Positions 26,649-36,889 are shown, numbered from the stretch's first letter. The stretch: 64,000 nt of DNA from Candidatus Helarchaeota archaeon (GCA_019058315.1 JAHPZH010000002.1:192001-256000), one strand, 5' to 3'. Made by a program: numbers and translations. The notes: a model not told the origin generated them from the letters alone.

Positions 26649-27761
26649 TTGACCAAATATGAAGCTATTCCTGGCTCAGAGGTTTATTCAGCATTAAAAG
26701 ATCAATCTTCTATAATTTTAGCATGTAATCCAAGAATAAATATTGGTATTTTAGATGGATTGTTTGAAGCTGCCAAAAAAATGAATTCTGTTATTATTTT
26801 GGAATTAGCTAAATCGGAATGTAATTTGTCGGGAGGATATACGGGATTAACTCCAGAAATGTTTGCAAAAAATGTTAAAGAGGCAGCTGAAAGAGCGGAT
26901 TGGCCTTGGTTTATTATTCATGGGGATCATTTAACAATGAAAAAAGTCCCTGAAGATGCAAATGAGGTCAAAGAATTAATTCTGTCTCAAATTAAAAATG
27001 GATATTCCAGTTTTGCTATTGATGCTTCATTTCTATTTAATCATGAAGGTAAAAATGCTCGAGAAGAATTAGAAAAAAATATTGAATTCACTACTGAAAT
27101 TGCTCATTTTATTAAAAGTAATATGAAAGGCAAAGAGTTTGGTCTCGAAGTCGAAGTAGGCGAAATTGGAAAAAAAGATGAGCATGGTCTTGTTCTTACT
27201 ACAGTAGATGAAGCTGTTACATTTATTAACGCATTAAAAGAAAATGATGTTCATCCCAATTTGCTAGCAATTGCAAATGGTTCTAGTCATGGACAAATTT
27301 TTGATGATGCCGGCAACCCAATTGAACAAATTTCTATTAATATTCCGAGAACTATTGAAATTGCTAAGGCAATTGATAAATTTGGGGTGAGAATTGCACA
27401 ACATGGAATTACAGGAACACCAATTAGTTTGATTGCTACAGAGTTTCCAAAAGGGAACGTTTTACTTAAAGGAAACGTAGGTACTTATTGGATGCTGATA
27501 GCTTGGGATGTTCTAAAAGTTTTTCAACCAGATTTATACAAAAAAATATGGGATTGGGTTATCAATTTTAAGCAATCCAAAGAAAAACTCATTCAAGTAT
27601 TTGGTAAAAATTCGAAATATGCAATAAAACAATACTTTGATAATATCAATGCGGTCGATGAAGATACTCAAGAAGCTTTAAAGGCTATCGCGTATTCAGA
27701 GGGGCTAAAGTTTTTAAAGGCTTTTAATTCAAAAGATACGGTCAAACATCTTAAAAGATAA
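26649..27761 (+). CDS. fba: Class II fructose-bisphosphate aldolase
   Basis: HGDH, AIDAS, EVEVGEIG, AIANGSSHG, AQHGITG, KGNVGT. Confidence 0.9.
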   Translation: MTKYEAIPGSEVYSALKDQSSIILACNPRINIGILDGLFEAAKKMNSVIILELAKSECNLSGGYTGLTPEMFAKNVKEAAERADWPWFIIHGDHLTMKKVPEDANEVKELILSQIKNGYSSFAIDASFLFNHEGKNAREELEKNIEFTTEIAHFIKSNMKGKEFGLEVEVGEIGKKDEHGLVLTTVDEAVTFINALKENDVHPNLLAIANGSSHGQIFDDAGNPIEQISINIPRTIEIAKAIDKFGVRIAQHGITGTPISLIATEFPKGNVLLKGNVGTYWMLIAWDVLKVFQPDLYKKIWDWVINFKQSKEKLIQVFGKNSKYAIKQYFDNINAVDEDTQEALKAIAYSEGLKFLKAFNSKDTVKHLKR

Positions 27762-27793
27762 TTTAAGAATTATAATATAGCAGAGGGATTAAA

Positions 27794-28798
27794 ATAGAAG
27801 AAAGAAATATTGTTTTGGATCTAATTAGAGGAACAGAAGCTGCAGCTTTAGCGGCTGCAATTGAAAGGGGTCGGGGAAAGAAGAAATTAGCGGATGAAAA
27901 TGCATTTGGAAATATGTCTAGGGTGTTTAGAGGATTACCTATCGAAATAAGAATAGTTGGTTCCGAAGGAGAAAAAGATAAAGTAAATTCATTTAATTAC
28001 GGTGATATTTATGGAGATCCCGAGGCTAAGATGAAATTGGACTGCGCTGTGGATGTGATAGATGGGACAGAAATGACAGCAAATTGGGAAGACAGCGGGG
28101 CTATAAGTGTAATCGGAATAGGATTAAGAGATAAGTTGATGAGAGTTCCAACCGATAAAATATATTTGAAAAAAATTGCTGTAGGCCCTGCAGCAGCGAA
28201 AGCAATTGATCTAAAGCAAGATTTCAAAGAAAATATATATAGAATAGCTCTTGCTTTAAAAAAAGATCCTGAAGAATTATGTGCAATGGTGTTAAAACGG
28301 AAAAGACATGAAAAATTTATTAAAGTATTGCGAGAAATGGATATAAGAGTTAAATTAATTCAAGATGGGGATGTTGTTGCAGCTCTAGCTCCATGTTTTC
28401 CGGAAACTGATATTGATTTTTATTTTGGTTGCGGAGGTCCACCTGAAGGAATTATTGCAGCATGTGGTATAAAAGCTCTTAAGGGAGCTATGCAAGTCCA
28501 ATGGGATATAGATGCATATAAGACTTCTAAACAAAGTGAAATTGAAGCTGAGCTCAAAGAAAAGAAAAAATTAAGTGAAGAATTAGGAATAAATATGGAT
28601 AAAATTTATTCATTAGAAGATATCGCCAAAGGACCCGTTCAATTTGTAGCAACTGGAATAACAAATGGACCATTTCTACAAGGTGTTGATTTTTTACCAG
28701 ATGGTGCATGGACTTATTCTATAGGAATAAGAAGTAAAAGTGGCACTATAAGATATCTAAGAACTCGGCATTTCTTCGATAGGAGACCAATCTACTGA
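27794..28798 (+). CDS. glpX: Class II fructose-1,6-bisphosphatase (probable ATA start)
   Basis: TEAAALAA, GRG.K..AD, SEGEKD, DVIDGT, DGDV, GGPPEG, ATGITNG; EERNIVLDL N-terminus lies upstream of the 27815 TTG. Confidence 0.9.
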   Translation: MEERNIVLDLIRGTEAAALAAAIERGRGKKKLADENAFGNMSRVFRGLPIEIRIVGSEGEKDKVNSFNYGDIYGDPEAKMKLDCAVDVIDGTEMTANWEDSGAISVIGIGLRDKLMRVPTDKIYLKKIAVGPAAAKAIDLKQDFKENIYRIALALKKDPEELCAMVLKRKRHEKFIKVLREMDIRVKLIQDGDVVAALAPCFPETDIDFYFGCGGPPEGIIAACGIKALKGAMQVQWDIDAYKTSKQSEIEAELKEKKKLSEELGINMDKIYSLEDIAKGPVQFVATGITNGPFLQGVDFLPDGAWTYSIGIRSKSGTIRYLRTRHFFDRRPIY

Positions 28799-28873
28799 CC
28801 GCTCCTTTTATTTCAGGAAATTATTAATGAGCATAATTCTGAATATAAGTCTTACTAAGAGGTATAAAAGATA

Positions 28874-30001
28874 TTGTATCCAATAAGATTGATTGATTAT
28901 TTATGGGAATTAGAAATAATCCTTTGGGTTATTACCCTTATGATTCTTTATCTATTGGGAGCCTACTTTGTTAAAAAATATTTTAAAGAACCAATAGAAT
29001 CTAAACCTTTTAATTTTGGAATAAGTCTTTTTTTATTTGGTTACGGGACTGCTAGATTGATTGAATTTATTCGAAGTTACTACATAGCCTATGAATATTC
29101 TCTTTTTGGTTATTATGATATTGTAATTACAAATTTCCAAATTACTGGAATTGATCTCCTTATGCGATTATCATATATAATAATCTCTTATTTTGTAATA
29201 ACTGTGGTATGTTTCAGCATAGAAAAATATATTTTAAGAGAGTTAGGGTATAATACACGTTATTTTATAACGATTACTTCAATAATCACGGGTATTATTT
29301 CTGTTTTATTATATTTTAACATGTTATGGTTATTACCAGTGTTAACAGTCACATTCTTCATTATTGTAGGATCAATTGTTTCTTTCTTCCTATTTTTCGG
29401 ATTTCGATCCGAAGGAAGACTAAAAAGATCATTCATTTTATGTGCAATTGGCTTTTCTCTATTTGTATTTGGACTTATAATGACTTTACCAGATACTCAC
29501 ATAATGATGACAGAATTTATAACATCGATAGAAACTTTTGTTCATTTAGGTTCACCTCTATTTCATATTGCTGGCGGAATTATTGTAACATTTGGATTCC
29601 AACTAGAATTATTCAATTGGTCCCAAAAAATTCAATACTTATATGTATTAATGCCAAATGGTGTATGTGTTTTTGATTATAATTTCAGACATAAAATAAT
29701 GGATGAAAATTTAATAAGTGGAACACTTGTTGCAATAACGGAGATAATTCAGGAAGTTACAAAAAGTAAAACAAAATTAAAAACAATACAACAAGAAGAA
29801 GCAATTTTTTTACTTGAATATGGGAAAAATGTTATGGTTGCCCTTCTCACAACAGAAAATCTGTCTGTATTGCGAAATAAGTTAGAAATTTTCTTGGAGG
29901 AATTTGAGACATTTTTTATTGATATATTTCCAGTTTGGAAAGGTGATACTACCGTATTTCTTCCTGCAAATGTATTAGTCGAGAGAATTTTCAAGACGTA
30001 A
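28874..30001 (+). CDS. Seven-TM membrane protein fused to a C-terminal longin/roadblock-like domain
   Basis: Seven hydrophobic segments, then LYVLMPNGVCVFDY...LISGTLVAI..IIQEV...LLEYG..VMVALL...L..F.E.F. Confidence 0.7.
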   Translation: MYPIRLIDYLWELEIILWVITLMILYLLGAYFVKKYFKEPIESKPFNFGISLFLFGYGTARLIEFIRSYYIAYEYSLFGYYDIVITNFQITGIDLLMRLSYIIISYFVITVVCFSIEKYILRELGYNTRYFITITSIITGIISVLLYFNMLWLLPVLTVTFFIIVGSIVSFFLFFGFRSEGRLKRSFILCAIGFSLFVFGLIMTLPDTHIMMTEFITSIETFVHLGSPLFHIAGGIIVTFGFQLELFNWSQKIQYLYVLMPNGVCVFDYNFRHKIMDENLISGTLVAITEIIQEVTKSKTKLKTIQQEEAIFLLEYGKNVMVALLTTENLSVLRNKLEIFLEEFETFFIDIFPVWKGDTTVFLPANVLVERIFKT

Positions 30002-30081
30002 ACACTGAATCTATTATTCAATAGAATTAAAAGTAATGTATTCTTCTATTTATAGTAATTAAAGAAATTTGTTGATTATTT

Positions 30082-30504
30082 TTGTCTGATTTAGAAAAAG
30101 GTCGTTCCGCATTTGTTCCGAAGATTTATTTCAAATTCTTTTGGTTACTTGGTCAAAAAGTTCAACATTCTCTTCTTTTAAGAGAAGGTATTAATATACC
30201 CTCTCCAGATGAATTGCGAGGCAAATTTAAAACAACTTCAGATATGATAAATTATCGCCAGTCTAAATTTGGGTGTAAATTTGATTGGACCTCAAAATTA
30301 TTTGTCACATACAAAGGAAGATCTTATAATATTTTTGAGGAAATAAAGGAAATCATAACTGAATGTATAAAGGGAGATATTAAGGACGCAATTGGTTTTG
30401 ATGTTAGGGGTATTGACTTTCCAAGGGCGTGTAAAATGGCAAATTCTAGAATAATCGAAAAAATAATTAGCGATGGTTCAGAAAAATCGAAAATATATGG
30501 ATAG
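30082..30504 (+). CDS. Hypothetical protein
   Basis: 140-aa ORF filling the gap, protein-like composition. Confidence 0.6.
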   Translation: MSDLEKGRSAFVPKIYFKFFWLLGQKVQHSLLLREGINIPSPDELRGKFKTTSDMINYRQSKFGCKFDWTSKLFVTYKGRSYNIFEEIKEIITECIKGDIKDAIGFDVRGIDFPRACKMANSRIIEKIISDGSEKSKIYG

Positions 30505-30558
30505 ATGCTTAATTCTTTAATTTTTTCTGTAAAATAAATGAATTAGAAAAATAAAGTG

Positions 30559-30948
30559 TTAAATTTTTAATATTTCACCAATCATTTTTGAATAATCACG
30601 AAGGACAGAAACCGTCATTCCTAAATCAGAAGTAGCTGGACCGGCTCCAATCATTAGGAATCCTTCTCCGGCACATGATACGATAGTATACCCTTGTGTA
30701 CCCCGAACTACAATCTCACCCAATTCACCTTGTTGCATTTGTCTGATTGTCTGTTCACCCATTGCGAGTATTGAAGCAACCATAGCTGATAAAAGGTCTG
30801 CATCAACATTCATTTGAGAGTAATAGGCAATTCTTCTCCCCTCCTTTGTGACTAAAGCTAAAGTGTGTAATTGAACCTCATTAGCTACTCTTCGTAAAAT
30901 AATAGATATCTTTTTTTCTATTTCTTGCATATCTGACAAAGCAACCAC
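30559..30948 (-). CDS. Roadblock/LC7 domain protein
   Basis: ALVTKEGRRI, LLSAMVASILAMGE, GELGEIVVRGTQGY, LGM. Confidence 0.9.
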   Translation of the reverse strand: MVALSDMQEIEKKISIILRRVANEVQLHTLALVTKEGRRIAYYSQMNVDADLLSAMVASILAMGEQTIRQMQQGELGEIVVRGTQGYTIVSCAGEGFLMIGAGPATSDLGMTVSVLRDYSKMIGEILKI

Positions 30949-31200
30949 CTAACCATACTTTTTTTTAATGATAAGAATGGTAGATTATTATTCTTTCTGA
31001 TTTAAAAATATTATTTTATGTATCTTATATCTTTTTATTTTTAACAAATTTAAATTAAATTTAAAAAATCAAATTTAATTCTTGTTAATTTTTTTAACGC
31101 GCAAAATTCTGCAAAATTAAAAAGAATTAAACATGTGTATTTTCTTTTGGAATGTATATTATAAATTAACATCAAGTAACATTAATTGAGCGTTTTAATT

Positions 31201-32592
31201 ATGTTGGATGAATTATCAAGAAAATTACGAAATGCCCTAAATAAATTTAAAAGAAGGGCAGATAAAAAAGCAATCGAAGAATTAAATAGAGACATCCAAA
31301 GAGCCTTATTCGAGGCTGATGTGAACGTAGAACTCGTGTTAGAACTTACAAATCGAATTGAAGAACAAGCTTTTAAGGTAAAACCTCCACCAGGACTAAC
31401 AATTGAGAAATATATAATCAAAATTGTTTATGACGAATTAACGAATTTTCTTGGTAAAACTGCTTTTAGTTTAAAAATTATTCCCAATAAAACTAATATT
31501 ATACTCATGGTGGGCATTCAAGGCTCCGGTAAAACTACAAGTACTGGGAAATTAGCTAGATATCTCCAAAAAAGAGGAAGGAAAGTAGGTATTGTATGTG
31601 CGGATACATGGAGACCAGGAGCTTATGACCAATTAAACCAATTAGCCGAACAAAATCAAATTTCATTTTATGGCGAAAAAGACAATAAAAATAGTATTAA
31701 AATAGCCATGAATGGGGTTAATCATTTTATTAAAGATAAAAAAGAAATTATTTTAGTTGACACCGCTGGCAGACATAAAGAAGAAAAAGGTTTAATGAAT
31801 GAAATGAAACAAATCGCATCCAAAATTAACCCTACAGAAATTATATTAGTTATTGATGGAACACTAGGACAACAAAGCGCTGCTCAAGCTTATGCTTTTA
31901 ATAAAGTGACTGATATTGGATCAATCCTAGTAACTAAATTGGATGGTTCAGCTAAAGGAGGAGGTGCTTTATCAGCAGTCACAGCAACCGGTGCACCAAT
32001 AAAATTTATTGGAACGGGAGAAAAAAGTGAAGATCTCGAAAAATTTGACCCAAAAACTTTTGTCGGAAGGTTATTAGGAGTTCCTGATATAAAATCTCTA
32101 CTAGAACAGATCAAAGCAGCAGAAATTGCACCTCAAAAAGATGCACAACAAAAATTTCTCTCAGGAAAATTTACATTGAAGGATATGTATGAACAATTAA
32201 AAAGTATAAGTAAGACTAGCTTCAGTCAAAAAATATTAGATGCATTTGGAATGGGTCCACAAATACCACCAGAAATGAAAGATATGGCAATGAAAAATAT
32301 AGACGTCTGGAAATATATACTAGATTCCATGACCGAATACGAACTGGAAAAGCCGAAAAAAATAAATCGCTCAAGACTAATTCGAATCGCGAGGGGTTCA
32401 GGTAAAGCTGAGGGAGATGTAAAGCAATTACTAGAACAATTTGATATGATGAAACGGATGTTTAAAACATTTGGAAAACAAAGAAAATTTAGAAAGGGAG
32501 GTGGAATTCCGCCTGGACTTATGGGAATGCCAAAAGGTGGAATTCCTGGGAAAGGATTGCCTAAAAAATTTAAATATAAAGGTATAAGATAA
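31201..32592 (+). CDS. srp54: Signal recognition particle protein SRP54
   Basis: DIQRALFEADVN, GIQGSGKTT, DTWRPGAYDQL, DTAGRH, TKLDGSAKGGGALS, Met-rich M domain. Confidence 0.97.
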   Translation: MLDELSRKLRNALNKFKRRADKKAIEELNRDIQRALFEADVNVELVLELTNRIEEQAFKVKPPPGLTIEKYIIKIVYDELTNFLGKTAFSLKIIPNKTNIILMVGIQGSGKTTSTGKLARYLQKRGRKVGIVCADTWRPGAYDQLNQLAEQNQISFYGEKDNKNSIKIAMNGVNHFIKDKKEIILVDTAGRHKEEKGLMNEMKQIASKINPTEIILVIDGTLGQQSAAQAYAFNKVTDIGSILVTKLDGSAKGGGALSAVTATGAPIKFIGTGEKSEDLEKFDPKTFVGRLLGVPDIKSLLEQIKAAEIAPQKDAQQKFLSGKFTLKDMYEQLKSISKTSFSQKILDAFGMGPQIPPEMKDMAMKNIDVWKYILDSMTEYELEKPKKINRSRLIRIARGSGKAEGDVKQLLEQFDMMKRMFKTFGKQRKFRKGGGIPPGLMGMPKGGIPGKGLPKKFKYKGIR

Positions 32593-32595
32593 AAT

Positions 32596-33393
32596 TCAGG
32601 ATTCTTCTTTACTTATTTCCCATTCTTTTACAATTGTGTCTATTTGGTTATTTAATTCTTTTTTATTGTCTTTGGCCAGATTCTCTATTTTTCCTTTAAC
32701 TTCAAGCCAACTTGGGAATAAGGAGATACCATTAAAAATCTTTAATTCCCCGAAATTTCCTTCAATATTTTCGACTAATTGTTTTGGAAGTAAATTTTTT
32801 AGAGTTATATACTGCTTTTCTAATTTTTCTAAAACTGTTTTGTATTGTTTTTTAATACCAAATGGACAAACTAAGCATTTTTTTATTCTATTTCTAACCA
32901 AATTATAATTAATGAGTTTATAAACATACGCGACTTCTTTATTTTTCTCTATTCTTAATTTACGGGCAAAATATGATGTTCGACAGATATAAACAGGATA
33001 AATACAGAAATTTTTCACAAACCAAAAAGGGTCAGAATCTAAAATTGTTGGTATCTCATGGGCTATTTCATAAAATACAGTTTTCCCTACTTTTTGCTTT
33101 TTCAATACATTTTCTTTAATCAATTGATTTAAATAATTACTGATCGAACTTCGTGAAATAGGTTTAAAGAATTTTTCATATTCTGCCTCTATTTTTTGGG
33201 TAGTGACTCTACTCTTATTAGTATTTTTTAACCAAAGAAAAATGCCTAATATCCTGTTCTTTTGTAATTGTCCTAAGTTAGATTTTAAGGTTTCAGGTCT
33301 ATCAAATATTTGCATACAAATATCGTTTAAACCTTCAAACTCCTTTGCATAATCTTCAATTGCTTTAAAATCGCAATATAATAGAGCTTCCAT
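32596..33393 (-). CDS. Winged-helix transcriptional regulator with Cys-containing C-terminal domain
   Basis: ISRSSISNYLNQL...VL...KVGKTVFY; CIYPVYIC and CLVCPF. Confidence 0.6.
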   Translation of the reverse strand: MEALLYCDFKAIEDYAKEFEGLNDICMQIFDRPETLKSNLGQLQKNRILGIFLWLKNTNKSRVTTQKIEAEYEKFFKPISRSSISNYLNQLIKENVLKKQKVGKTVFYEIAHEIPTILDSDPFWFVKNFCIYPVYICRTSYFARKLRIEKNKEVAYVYKLINYNLVRNRIKKCLVCPFGIKKQYKTVLEKLEKQYITLKNLLPKQLVENIEGNFGELKIFNGISLFPSWLEVKGKIENLAKDNKKELNNQIDTIVKEWEISKEES

Positions 33394-33412
33394 TAATTAT
33401 TCACTCTTTAAT

Positions 33413-33757
33413 TTACCCAAGTTTATTTTTTAACGAGTTTATAAAGCTGTCTCCTTCTTTTTTAACTTGATCCCAAATTTCTATTATTTTATTATCAAAT
33501 TTACCTTCTTCATAACATTTATTTTGAAGTTGTAATAATTTCAATATACTTTTTAATATTGGTGAATATAATAACGTCATTTTAGCAGAAGGAACACTAA
33601 CTTCAGTTATAATTGCACTTTCAACTGTATTTGTGGTTCCAAGAATATCTCTTAAGATAATATTTTCATCAATTTTTGCGTATAATACCTCATTACAAAC
33701 GTCTTTTACACTATTCTCAGCATTCAGTTTTACTTTAAATTCGCACAAAAAACTCAC
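33413..33757 (-). CDS. CooT-like (nickel-binding) protein with C-terminal extension
   Basis: N-terminal CEFKV, V...V.Y, I.LRDILG, I.EV. Confidence 0.55.
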   Translation of the reverse strand: MSFLCEFKVKLNAENSVKDVCNEVLYAKIDENIILRDILGTTNTVESAIITEVSVPSAKMTLLYSPILKSILKLLQLQNKCYEEGKFDNKIIEIWDQVKKEGDSFINSLKNKLG

Positions 33758-33791
33758 CTAATTATTATTTCGATTTTTATAATTTTAATCT

Positions 33792-34898
33792 TTAGTTGAA
33801 AATCGGGAGTAAATAATCTCGCGATTTTGCTAAGTACGAGCCAATAAGTAATCTATGATAAGTTCTATTATTTTTATTATCAATTACTTCTTCTAATTTT
33901 CCTCTTGCTCTGAAGGATTCTCCTTTTCTGACCATAGAGCAATATAATCCTTCATATGAACAGATTTGAATGATATCATCGACTCTTGGCCCCTTAAGAA
34001 TTTTAACATCTGAAATATCATATTTACAAGGAAGAAACATGGAATTTGCATCCTGGGTTACAATACCTTCAATTTCAACTATGCCTTTAGGATTAAACTC
34101 TAAATCACCATATTTTTCTAAAATCTCTTCGTCAGTCCGTATTGGATGTATAGAAAATCTTGTTCCTCTAAAATTACCCATATTCCATTTTCTTTCATAT
34201 AATAGATTTGCTTCGGTTTTAGTAAAATTGAAATATTTCATCTTATTATTTCGCCAATCCTCAGCTTCCTTAGGATTTAATCTTGAAATTTCGTTATTAT
34301 TCCCCTCAAATAATTCTAATACAACATTTTCAATTACTTGACTATTCATTCTTCCATGTACCGTAAGATCAATATCTGAAAAAGTAATATTATGTGTATT
34401 GGTTAAAATTGAACCAGTTACTCCAAAATTTGAAGTTTTAATTTGTGAGTTTTCCGATAAAAAATCTATAAATTTAATTGTTTTTATTTGTAGCTTATCC
34501 AAATTGTTTTTATTATAAAGATTAATTAATGATTTTATTTTTTCTTGTGGCTGATAATATTCTTTTATAGCATTATGAGGAACAGCTGTAATTTTAATTT
34601 TTGAAATAGGACAATCATAAACATATTTCAGATAATCATAAAGCAAAATATCATAAGATTTTAAAACTTGTTCAGCTGAATAATGATTTAGAACTCGCAT
34701 TAAAGGTATTATTCTTTTTTTTCCATCTCCCTCTGATTCTGGTAAATTTAATTTCCATTTTCCAGTAATATTTGGAACGTATTTTAGGTAGCTTATTATT
34801 CGATTTTCTGGATGTATATAACCAATAACACAAAATAAGTAATTCTCTTCTGTGCGTATAAAATCATGATCTTTGGGATTTTTAATAGTATTATTCAT
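33792..34898 (-). CDS. Archaeal COG1665-type nucleotidyltransferase
   Basis: DHDFI.T, V.GY.HP.NRIISYLKY.P, GVTGS.L...SDIDL.V.G, A.GKLE.V. Confidence 0.8.
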   Translation of the reverse strand: MNNTIKNPKDHDFIRTEENYLFCVIGYIHPENRIISYLKYVPNITGKWKLNLPESEGDGKKRIIPLMRVLNHYSAEQVLKSYDILLYDYLKYVYDCPISKIKITAVPHNAIKEYYQPQEKIKSLINLYNKNNLDKLQIKTIKFIDFLSENSQIKTSNFGVTGSILTNTHNITFSDIDLTVHGRMNSQVIENVVLELFEGNNNEISRLNPKEAEDWRNNKMKYFNFTKTEANLLYERKWNMGNFRGTRFSIHPIRTDEEILEKYGDLEFNPKGIVEIEGIVTQDANSMFLPCKYDISDVKILKGPRVDDIIQICSYEGLYCSMVRKGESFRARGKLEEVIDNKNNRTYHRLLIGSYLAKSRDYLLPIFN

Positions 34899-34922
34899 TC
34901 TTGATCATATTAAAAATAGAAA

Positions 34923-35930
34923 TTATGAGTATAAAAAGTCACCTTTCTCCCCACCGACTATCAAACGATGATATTCTTCCCCATTCTCGCCTTTAACCAA
35001 CTCTATTTTTCCCCTTGCTAATATTGGTTCCTCTTTTTTGGCTTCGCAACATCTACCTCGATAAGAAAAAATTTCATTTAAATTATCAACTTCTGTTCCT
35101 TGTAGAAATTTAACATCCTCTATTTTATAACGACATGGAGTGAAAATGGACTCTTTATCATTGGTAATATATCCTTGAACTAAAGCATTTCCAATTGGTT
35201 TATAGGTAAAATATCCGTATTTTTCTTTAATTTCGTCCCAAGCTTTGATGCATCGAATATAGAAATCAATATTATTAAATTTTCCTTGTAAGTTCTTTCT
35301 TTTTTCAAATTGAACGAAATTTTCAAAGTCGATTTTAGTATCTTTTCCCCTAAATTCATATAATTTCTTCAGATCTTCTAAATCATATCTTTCTATTGGA
35401 ATGCTTTCATCATCAAAAAGTCTATACATATTATTATAAAGTTTATAACAATTATTTTCCCCATAGACGATTAAATCTATATCAGATTGAGGTGTATTTA
35501 GTCCCACCATGTGGGATCCTGTTACTCCCAAGTCTATCATTAAAATTTTACAGTATTTGATGATATATTTTATAAATTTGAGTATTATTTTTTCTAATGG
35601 GCTTTTTCTTTTATTAAATAATTTATCAATATAGTCATGTGGATAATAAATCTTTTTTATTTTATCATGAGGAACTGCTTGTATTGAGTCGTTTATTACA
35701 GAATCAGTGTATATATAATGAGGATGGTTGCTTTTTAAATAATTAAACCTTTTTTTAAGCGAATAAATCTTTCTATAACGTACCCCATCTAATCTTCGCT
35801 TTCCTGTAGGATCTGGTATATATCTTAAAAAAGCTATTACATTATTTTGAGGATGAACTAACCCTTTTACATCAAAAATTAAACCTTCCAAAGTCTGAAT
35901 AAAGTCGCCTTCTCTCGCATGGATTGGCAA
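34923..35930 (-). CDS. Archaeal COG1665-type nucleotidyltransferase (tandem paralog)
   Basis: REGDFI.T.EGLIFDVKG.VHP, FLRYIP, GVTGS.MVGL...SDIDLIVYG. Confidence 0.8.
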   Translation of the reverse strand: MPIHAREGDFIQTLEGLIFDVKGLVHPQNNVIAFLRYIPDPTGKRRLDGVRYRKIYSLKKRFNYLKSNHPHYIYTDSVINDSIQAVPHDKIKKIYYPHDYIDKLFNKRKSPLEKIILKFIKYIIKYCKILMIDLGVTGSHMVGLNTPQSDIDLIVYGENNCYKLYNNMYRLFDDESIPIERYDLEDLKKLYEFRGKDTKIDFENFVQFEKRKNLQGKFNNIDFYIRCIKAWDEIKEKYGYFTYKPIGNALVQGYITNDKESIFTPCRYKIEDVKFLQGTEVDNLNEIFSYRGRCCEAKKEEPILARGKIELVKGENGEEYHRLIVGGEKGDFLYS

Positions 35931-35947
35931 TATATATCACTTGGGAT

Positions 35948-36889
35948 TTAACTTTTTTTAATTTCTTCTCTCAAAATTTTAAAAGTAGCGTGCTTCTGAG
36001 CATAAGCATTGTGTTGATGGATACTTTCTAGAGCTTCTATTTCTAAAATTACTTCACAATCATCCGGAAAATTAGGAAAGGCTTCAACTACTTTGTTTGC
36101 CATCTCTCGACAGCTATCTTCAACGAATTTTGGATTTAAATGTGCTAATCGTACCAACTTCGCTTCATCTACTCTTTTAAGTACATCTTGCACTTTAGCT
36201 GACATGCTGCTTTCTATTATATCGATTAGTTTTAAAAGATCTATATTAAAATTTTCTGGAATTTCAATCGTTAATGAACCCTTACTTCTTTGGCTATGCG
36301 TAGCGATAGGCATTATATCTAGAATATTTTTTATATTTTTTTCGTCTAAATCAAATTTTTCCTTCCGTTCTGAAATAATTTCATTTGCATAATCAATCAT
36401 TAAATCTTTAGCGCATGGACATGCGTTTATGCCGAAAGCTGAAATTTTTAAAAAAACTCGTGTTTTAACTTGATTGTTTTCCTTTTTTGAAATTGCCTTA
36501 ACTTTGATTGGATGTGCTTTTTGTTGCTTACCAGTTCTCTCATTAGGTACTTCAATAACTATTATTCCTTCACAATCAACTTCCGCAATAGTTGCGTACT
36601 CATGTTTACTTAATAAATGAGTAGACATCTTGCTCATAAAATCCTCTATATGAGAACTAGGTTTAAAATCTAGCTCATTTATGACATCCTGAAGTGTCTG
36701 AGGATTCCGTGACATATGTATTCCTTTCAATTCTCTTGGAAGATCTACATATGCAGAAAATTTAGCGGGAAACTCAGTAACTTCCGAACCTTTTACAAGT
36801 CTAACTTTTTTTATGATTTCTTTAATGCCAACTCTATTAAGACTGAATTTAAAATCTGATTTCGTATTTTGTATATCTGGTAATGTCAT
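35948..36889 (-). CDS. mptA: GTP cyclohydrolase IV (FolE2/MptA family)
   Basis: LPDIQ, RVGI, VDLP...KGIHMSR, ACPCA, ATHSQR, KRVDE, PKFVED, ESIHQHNAYA. Confidence 0.92.
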   Translation of the reverse strand: MTLPDIQNTKSDFKFSLNRVGIKEIIKKVRLVKGSEVTEFPAKFSAYVDLPRELKGIHMSRNPQTLQDVINELDFKPSSHIEDFMSKMSTHLLSKHEYATIAEVDCEGIIVIEVPNERTGKQQKAHPIKVKAISKKENNQVKTRVFLKISAFGINACPCAKDLMIDYANEIISERKEKFDLDEKNIKNILDIMPIATHSQRSKGSLTIEIPENFNIDLLKLIDIIESSMSAKVQDVLKRVDEAKLVRLAHLNPKFVEDSCREMANKVVEAFPNFPDDCEVILEIEALESIHQHNAYAQKHATFKILREEIKKS

